Source of the DNA: Cloacimonetes bacterium UBA5210
GTDB lineage: Bacteria; Cloacimonadota; Cloacimonadia; Cloacimonadales; Cloacimonadaceae
Direction: 5' to 3'
Assembly: GCA_002412625.1 (NCBI GenBank)
Contig: DHVK01000012.1
Location: 30,145-94,144, forward strand
DNA length: 64,000 nucleotides
Made by a program: the position numbers and the translations under genes. The notes beneath the pieces are model-generated. The model had not been told where the DNA came from and ran no database searches. It worked only from the letters and a program-made list of their open reading frames with translations. Every line of letters begins with the position of its first letter. Within the stretch, counting starts at the first letter, position 1. This document shows positions 58,541-64,000 of the stretch, piece by piece.

Positions 58541-58962
58541 TTGCCTTTTCTCATCAGTTCGGGTAACTCAATCGCCCTGCGACCAACCTGCTTTGCCCAT
58601 TTGGAGGCAAGCATGTTATTAGCAGCCCGTTCCCAGTCACCTGCTTCTATGAACGCAAGGGTGTTTTTGAAGCTAAGTAGTCCTTTTATGCCCATGTTAA
58701 AGCACATATTCAGCAGTACCGATTTACGTACCTCATCAATCTGAAGATAGATTTTTGGAATCTCAGCCAGAATTTGTCTCTCACACTGCAGAATATCGCC
58801 TTCTAAGAGCAAATAAGCTTCCTTCTGAGTGATACCGCAATCATCCAGATTGCGACCAACCCCGATGGTTAATTTACCAGCTGTGCAGCGGTAAGGCTTC
58901 AGCCTCAGACCTTCATGTCTCAGCAGTTGTTCTTTCATGCGTTCCAGTAAGTTAGCTTCCAT
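58537..58962 (-). CDS. Phage lysozyme (T4/GH24-type muramidase)
   Basis: LLRHEGLRLKPYRCTAGKLTIGVGRNL with the catalytic-Glu context E-G, typical of GH24 lysozymes. AAGGAG RBS precedes the ATG at 58962, so the track start at 59091 is an extension. Confidence 0.85.
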   Translation of the reverse strand: MEANLLERMKEQLLRHEGLRLKPYRCTAGKLTIGVGRNLDDCGITQKEAYLLLEGDILQCERQILAEIPKIYLQIDEVRKSVLLNMCFNMGIKGLLSFKNTLAFIEAGDWERAANNMLASKWAKQVGRRAIELPELMRKGK

Positions 58963-59168
58963 TGTGTCTCCTTGCGATGTCAGTGGATACTCTATCCAGT
59001 GCAAGGAAGCCACTACCCTGTATAAACACAAATATGGATGCATAAGGTTGCGACAGATTTTAGTATTGACAGAATCTGACCTTTGAAGCATTAGTAATTA
59101 CCATGAAGAAACATTTACAGGATTTGTCATGGTCGGTGAGAAACACATTGTGATGGAGACGAGTAGTT

Positions 59169-60323
59169 ATGCTACAAGTTAGTAATATTGCAAAAAGTAT
59201 CGATGTATATTCGTTCTTCTCGGGAATAGGGCTTTTAGACCTAGGTTTCGAGAATGCAGGATTCAATATAGAGTTTGTTAGTGATATAAAGAGAGCATTC
59301 TTACATGGATATCAATATGCAAGAAAGTGTATGAAACTTTCAGCTCCCATGTATGGGTATTGGAACGCTAGCATCGACGAAGCTTTAGATAACAGATTGG
59401 AAAACTCTTTGAAAAATGCGCTATGTGATTCAAAGTCCAGAAATCAAAGGGTCTTTTTTGTTGGGGGTCCCCCATGTCCAGATTTCTCTGTCGGTGGAAA
59501 AAACCACGGTAAGAATGGAGATAATGGCAAGTTATCAAAATCATATGTAGATATAATCCTAGAATACAAGCCCGATGGTTTTTTGTTTGAGAATGTCAAA
59601 GGCTTGTGGCGCACCAAAAGACACCGTGAATTCTACGAAGAGATTAAGGCAATCCTGATTAAGAATGGGTATAGAGTCACAGAAAGCTTAGTTAATGCAA
59701 TTGAGTATGGAGTCCCGCAGGACAGGGAACGAATTATCCTAATCGGGTTTCATGAATCTTTTCTGAAGTTGAGTAAGCATCATGAGCAAAATGGATATTT
59801 AACAGATTTTCCGTGGGATAAGTACAAGGAGCATAATCTATCTGAAATAAGTGGATTGCCCTGGCCCCAAACAACTGAATTCCATTCAAATTCAAAGAGT
59901 TCATGCCCAGCTGGTATCAATGTTGAACTGGCAGTCGAATACTGGTTTACGAAAAACAATGTTTTGAAGCATCCAAACACTCATCATTGCTTCGTGCCAA
60001 GAGCTGGACTAGCAAAGTTTAAAACGATTGCAGAAGGTGACGTTTCAAAAAAGTCTTATAAACGGCTTCATCGGTGGAGATATTCTCCAACTGCTGCATA
60101 TGGCAATAATGAAGTGCACCTACATCCCTATTTTGAAAGAAGAATATCAGTGGCTGAGGCACTATCTATTCAATCTTTGCCTGCAGAGTTCAATTTACCC
60201 AATGACATGTCATTATCCGATATGTTTAAATCTATCGGGAATGGGGTTCCATACCTGTTGGCTTTAGGAATAGCTAAAACAATCTTGTCTTACTTAGGAG
60301 AAAATGATGTCGGTGACTGTTAG
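59169..60323 (+). CDS. dcm: DNA (cytosine-5)-methyltransferase
   Basis: Motif I FFSGIGLLDLGF, motif IV GGPPCPDFS, motif VI FLFENVKGL, motif VIII QDRERIILIGF and C-terminal GNGVPYLL. Confidence 0.95.
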   Translation: MLQVSNIAKSIDVYSFFSGIGLLDLGFENAGFNIEFVSDIKRAFLHGYQYARKCMKLSAPMYGYWNASIDEALDNRLENSLKNALCDSKSRNQRVFFVGGPPCPDFSVGGKNHGKNGDNGKLSKSYVDIILEYKPDGFLFENVKGLWRTKRHREFYEEIKAILIKNGYRVTESLVNAIEYGVPQDRERIILIGFHESFLKLSKHHEQNGYLTDFPWDKYKEHNLSEISGLPWPQTTEFHSNSKSSCPAGINVELAVEYWFTKNNVLKHPNTHHCFVPRAGLAKFKTIAEGDVSKKSYKRLHRWRYSPTAAYGNNEVHLHPYFERRISVAEALSIQSLPAEFNLPNDMSLSDMFKSIGNGVPYLLALGIAKTILSYLGENDVGDC

Positions 60324-61386
60324 CAATATAATACATGCAATCAACAAGTTGGATAAGAATATACACTACAATTACATCGATAATACTACAACCACGAAAA
60401 TCATTATTGATGAAGTAAGGCAGCCTGAAGGCCCCATCTATATCAAACGATACGACCCTAACAAGGGCAAGGGTACAATTGAAGCTATCAGAACATCAAT
60501 ATCATCACAAATGCTCTTAAGAATAGCTAATGCTGTTTCGGAAAACTACCCTATCAATATTGACAGGATACTTGGAGCGAGCTACAATACAAGATCAGCA
60601 CTTGAAGCTCTTTTAGCATATACTCCCGAGTTTTACTATTGCTATCCAGGAAGGATACAAAAAACAAGCACAGGTTCTAAAGTAGTAAGCGGACATAAGC
60701 ACCTTCTCTACAGACCAGATAATCCTCACGCTCAAGGCGTAATAGTAGAGGCTAAAACAGACTTTGTAATTTCTGAAATACCAACTGCAGAAGCCGTATA
60801 CGACGCTATTGAAATTCCTGTTTTTCCAAATAGTCCCGAGTTGGATATTGATATCCAAAGAAGGCATGCACAGATTCAGATAGCATTATTGTTTATAGGT
60901 GTCCAACTGGGTTCATCCATTTGGGTGGCACAAAATGATCGAGGAATTCAATACCGGGGTAGTAAATTGTGCGAAATCGAAGGAGTTATTAATGACCTTA
61001 AGAAAGTTCAGCAAATACAAGCATACCATGACGCACAAAGGGCAGCGTCATATATTGACGTTATTTGGTTCAGAAACTCGAGATTCATGCCAGCAGTATT
61101 CGAGATTGAGCACACGACTGGAGTAGTCAGGGGTTTATCCAGAATGATGGAGTTTAAAAGTAAGATTCCTCCAATTGACACTAGATGGGTAATTGTTGGA
61201 GAAGAATCTCTGCGATCAAAAGTCATAGAGTTAGCTAACCAAAATCAGTATAAGGATATGAATACAAGATTCATGTCATATGGTGCAGTCGAGGAGCTCT
61301 TTTCGCTTTGTCAACGGAGGCGGATTAAAGGTATCAACGATGATTTTTTAGATTGTTTTATGGAGTACTGCGTTGTAAATGGATAA
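60304..61386 (+). CDS. Putative type II restriction endonuclease (cognate of the Dcm methylase)
   Basis: It lies between the m5C methylase and vsr, overlapping both. Candidate PD-(D/E)xK-like core YIDVIWF...MPAVFEIEHT. I recognised no specific family. Confidence 0.55.
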   Translation: MMSVTVSNIIHAINKLDKNIHYNYIDNTTTTKIIIDEVRQPEGPIYIKRYDPNKGKGTIEAIRTSISSQMLLRIANAVSENYPINIDRILGASYNTRSALEALLAYTPEFYYCYPGRIQKTSTGSKVVSGHKHLLYRPDNPHAQGVIVEAKTDFVISEIPTAEAVYDAIEIPVFPNSPELDIDIQRRHAQIQIALLFIGVQLGSSIWVAQNDRGIQYRGSKLCEIEGVINDLKKVQQIQAYHDAQRAASYIDVIWFRNSRFMPAVFEIEHTTGVVRGLSRMMEFKSKIPPIDTRWVIVGEESLRSKVIELANQNQYKDMNTRFMSYGAVEELFSLCQRRRIKGINDDFLDCFMEYCVVNG

Positions 61387-61819
61387 TACTACTCCTGAAA
61401 TCCGTAGCAGAATGATGAAAGCAAATAGGTCATGCAACACCAAACCGGAATTGGTTATTCGAAGTATGATCCACAGAATGGGCTTCAGGTATCGTGTTAA
61501 CCTGAAGGTGATTCCTGGAAAACCAGATATTGCATTCACCAAAATGAAAAAAGCAATTTTCATACATGGTTGTTTTTGGCATCAACACGATGTAGGCTGT
61601 AGTTGTGCACATCTTCCACAATCAAATAAAGATTATTGGTCGAAAAAGTTTACGTACAACAGACAAAGAGATATTGCAGTACAAAAAGAACTAACCGATT
61701 TAGGGTGGAGATATTTGATCATTTGGGAGTGTGAACTAAATGACATTGACATAGTGAGAAATAAAGTTTTATACTTCCTCAATAACAACGAATATACGTC
61801 TAAATTGGTAAATGAATAA
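61379..61819 (+). CDS. vsr: Very short patch repair endonuclease
   Basis: RSRMMKANRSCNTKPELVIRSMIHRMGFRYRVN, PGKPDIAF and IFIHGCFWHQH are canonical Vsr motifs. Confidence 0.93.
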   Translation: MDNTTPEIRSRMMKANRSCNTKPELVIRSMIHRMGFRYRVNLKVIPGKPDIAFTKMKKAIFIHGCFWHQHDVGCSCAHLPQSNKDYWSKKFTYNRQRDIAVQKELTDLGWRYLIIWECELNDIDIVRNKVLYFLNNNEYTSKLVNE

Positions 61820-64000
61820 TTCAACCGTAACCCATTCAGAACTTGAAACTAACGGAAGTAACCAACACATGAAAACTAACTTTACTGTAAACGCTAAAGT
61901 GGAGCAATTACTAGGCAGGCACTTGATTACCAATAAGACAGTTGCCCTATATGAGCTGATAAAGAACTCATATGATGCGGGTGCAAGGAATGTCTACATT
62001 AGGTTTAAAGGGTTTAAACTTATCGTGAATCCTGATGATAGCACATGGGACAAATTAAAGAAGGCTAATCCTACGACTAAAACGTTATGTTCTGACTCAA
62101 ATTCACTGATAGAAATACAAGACGATGGAAGCGGAATGACTGATGTGGAGATTCTTGATAATTGGCTACAGCTAGGCACAGCGATAAAGGAAGACATCGA
62201 CGAAATCGATTATGTTGTTAGCAATGGTGCTGTTGAAAAAATTGATAGTAAGCCACAAGACTTAAACCAGCAATATCTTAAAAGAATCCTGAATGGAGAA
62301 AAAGGCATCGGAAGACTTGGTGTCGATATTCTTGGTTCAAAACTCGAATTAAAAGCAGTTAGCTCTCTAAATACGAGTCGTTTGAGCTCAATCATAGTGA
62401 ATTGGGATGCTTTTAACGATCATACAAAGAAGATTGAAGATATAAAACTGGAGCTTCATACAACAGAAAATAGTAGTCTGATGTCCTCAGGGGTAAAGCT
62501 CACTATAAGTAATCTTAGAGAAAGATGGTCTCTTTATGATTATGATATTGTAGTTAAAAACTTGAGAAAAATGGTTGCCCCTGACGTCGTTGACAATCTT
62601 GATTTTCAAATTCATATAGAGATTTATCGATCTGAGCTTGATAGTGCCCCGAGTGATAGTTATATAATAAAAAATGATGTTTTTTCAAACTTATCGACAT
62701 TTGTGCAGGCAGAAATCATGGCATCTGGAGTTTATAATTACTCAATAACCTATCAGGGAGTGGTTGCTGAGAAAGGTACGGGGGAATTTCTTTTCCATAA
62801 CGATAATGAGAGGTTTGGGCGAGCCAAGTTTCGAGCCTATTATCTTGATAGCAATGACAAGGGAAAGTTCACAAAACTTACGGGTGTGTCAACAAGGGAC
62901 TATGGGAATATACGTTTATACAGGGACGCGTTCCGGGTATTACCCTACGGTGAACCAGAAAATGATTGGTTGCGTATTGACCAGAAACACTCTCAGGGAT
63001 TATTCAGAACCTTAGGATCAAGAGATTTGTTAGGGTATGTTCAAATATCAAGAAAGCAGGATTGGCAAAATTCTCGCCTAAGAGATTCAACAAATAGATT
63101 GGGGTTGATTGAAGACGATCCGGCTTTTCTCAAACTAAGGGATGACTTTATCTGGACTGTACTTAAAAAGCTGCAAAGTTTCATATTCAAGCGTATCGAA
63201 TATGAGTCTCGAGGAGAAACTGACCTTCTGAAACTAAAGATCTCTGAGTTTAAAAGAGCTTTTGACGACGATGTAGAGTCTATAACAAAAATAATCCAAG
63301 AAATGCCACTAAGTCAGCCACAAAAAGAAACTCTTATAAAGGAGATGGATGACTTTCACGAAAAGTACGAGGAACCTGTAAGAAATCTTGCTAAGATGAC
63401 TCAATCGATTGATAATAGAATTAAATTGCTGGCGAGCTTATCTAGTTCTGAAACCCTCCTTTTTAAACTGTTTCATGAAGTGAAAACAAGTATCAGCATG
63501 TTAAAGTCATTAGTCATTGAGAGCGAGATGGAGAATCCCGAGGTTGTTTGGGAGGATTTTTATTTTGGCATAGATCGAATTCAAAAGTTCGTAGATTTTG
63601 CACTTAAAAGCGTGAACCCAATTTTGCTGCCGTCTGAAAGCATTCCAGTTAATGGTTTTATTAAGCAATTTATTGCCGCTGTACTGCCTAAACTAAGACT
63701 TGAAAACATAAAGATTCAAAACAACTTGTCAGATGCAGTTAACAATATTGATGTTCAGATAAACAGACACTCTCTCGACATTGCTATATCTAACCTAATC
63801 GACAATGCGTGCAAGGCTGTTTTTGAAGCACAAACAAAGATTATATCGCTTGACTATTTAATTAGTGATGATAGCTTTGTTCTGATGATTTCAGATACTG
63901 GTCGAGGATTGTCGCGGGATGCCAGGTTAACGCTTTTTTCTCTCGGAGAAACTACAACCAGAAATCTGCAAGGCTCAGGTATTGGCTTAACATTTACAAA
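61812..64000 (+). CDS. Large dual-ATPase protein: N-terminal MORC/HATPase_c_3-like GHKL domain plus C-terminal histidine-kinase-like DHp+CA module (3' end outside window)
   Basis: This ORF is not in the supplied track. My manual translation from the ATG at 61812 stays open to position 64000 (~729 codons). N-terminal Bergerat motifs are YELIKNSYDAGA, IQDDGSGM and GEKGIGRLG. C-terminal motifs are the H-box-like LFHEVKTSISML, N-box SNLIDNACKAV, G1 SDTGRGL and G2 GSGIGL. Confidence 0.75.
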   Translation, partial: MNNSTVTHSELETNGSNQHMKTNFTVNAKVEQLLGRHLITNKTVALYELIKNSYDAGARNVYIRFKGFKLIVNPDDSTWDKLKKANPTTKTLCSDSNSLIEIQDDGSGMTDVEILDNWLQLGTAIKEDIDEIDYVVSNGAVEKIDSKPQDLNQQYLKRILNGEKGIGRLGVDILGSKLELKAVSSLNTSRLSSIIVNWDAFNDHTKKIEDIKLELHTTENSSLMSSGVKLTISNLRERWSLYDYDIVVKNLRKMVAPDVVDNLDFQIHIEIYRSELDSAPSDSYIIKNDVFSNLSTFVQAEIMASGVYNYSITYQGVVAEKGTGEFLFHNDNERFGRAKFRAYYLDSNDKGKFTKLTGVSTRDYGNIRLYRDAFRVLPYGEPENDWLRIDQKHSQGLFRTLGSRDLLGYVQISRKQDWQNSRLRDSTNRLGLIEDDPAFLKLRDDFIWTVLKKLQSFIFKRIEYESRGETDLLKLKISEFKRAFDDDVESITKIIQEMPLSQPQKETLIKEMDDFHEKYEEPVRNLAKMTQSIDNRIKLLASLSSSETLLFKLFHEVKTSISMLKSLVIESEMENPEVVWEDFYFGIDRIQKFVDFALKSVNPILLPSESIPVNGFIKQFIAAVLPKLRLENIKIQNNLSDAVNNIDVQINRHSLDIAISNLIDNACKAVFEAQTKIISLDYLISDDSFVLMISDTGRGLSRDARLTLFSLGETTTRNLQGSGIGLTFT

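Larger units (their letters stand above)
42500..59100 (-). mobile_element. Prophage-like (siphovirus-type) structural/lysis module, possibly a remnant
   Basis: A contiguous minus-strand block holds lysozyme, connector-size proteins, portal, XkdF-protease/capsid fusion, tail protein, 942-aa tape measure and distal tail proteins. No terminase, integrase, repressor or replication gene is seen in the window. Confidence 0.75.

Overview
The window is a 64-kb bacterial chromosomal segment with two very different halves.

(1) Positions 1 to ~37.0 kb are a GC-rich housekeeping backbone (about 55% GC by my spot counts of single 60-nt lines). The bacterium looks diderm. Genes include purA, an ftsB-like gene, a GGDEF cyclase, a MalK-like ABC ATPase, several signal-peptide/outer-membrane-like proteins and envelope-glycan genes (AsnB-like, flippase, GT2, hexapeptide acyltransferase). 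They also include ruvB, a Xer-type recombinase, polA, a three-gene two-component cluster, a B12/radical-SAM protein, rplU-rpmA, recN, nadK, rsgA, an M16C protease and dapA. Five same-orientation copies of a ~80-nt structured intergenic repeat punctuate this half.

(2) Positions ~37.0 to 64 kb are a horizontally acquired mosaic:
- (a) An AT-rich island (~28-35% GC by spot count). It carries a translationally coupled three-gene ubiquitination-like operon (single beta-grasp Ubl, E2-like/E1 fusion, Cys-rich DUF6527-like protein), a DNA methyltransferase fused to an Mrr-like nuclease domain, and an AAA/DUF4143 ATPase.
- (b) A ~330-bp iteron-like repeat array.
- (c) A ~16-kb siphovirus-like structural module on the minus strand (lysozyme, connectors, portal, XkdF-protease/capsid fusion, tail, tape measure, distal tail). 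No terminase, integrase or replication genes are visible. It holds two tandem Dam-like methylases and two AT-rich opposite-strand moron genes, one nucleotidyl-cyclase-like and one PD-(D/E)xK nuclease-like.
- (d) An AT-rich, tightly overlapping operon of Dcm, a putative restriction endonuclease, Vsr and a large protein that combines a MORC-like GHKL ATPase with a histidine-kinase-like DHp+CA module. This last ORF is not in the supplied track because it runs off the window end.

I found no rRNA, tRNA or CRISPR array. All family assignments come from motif recognition by eye and memory. No database search was run.
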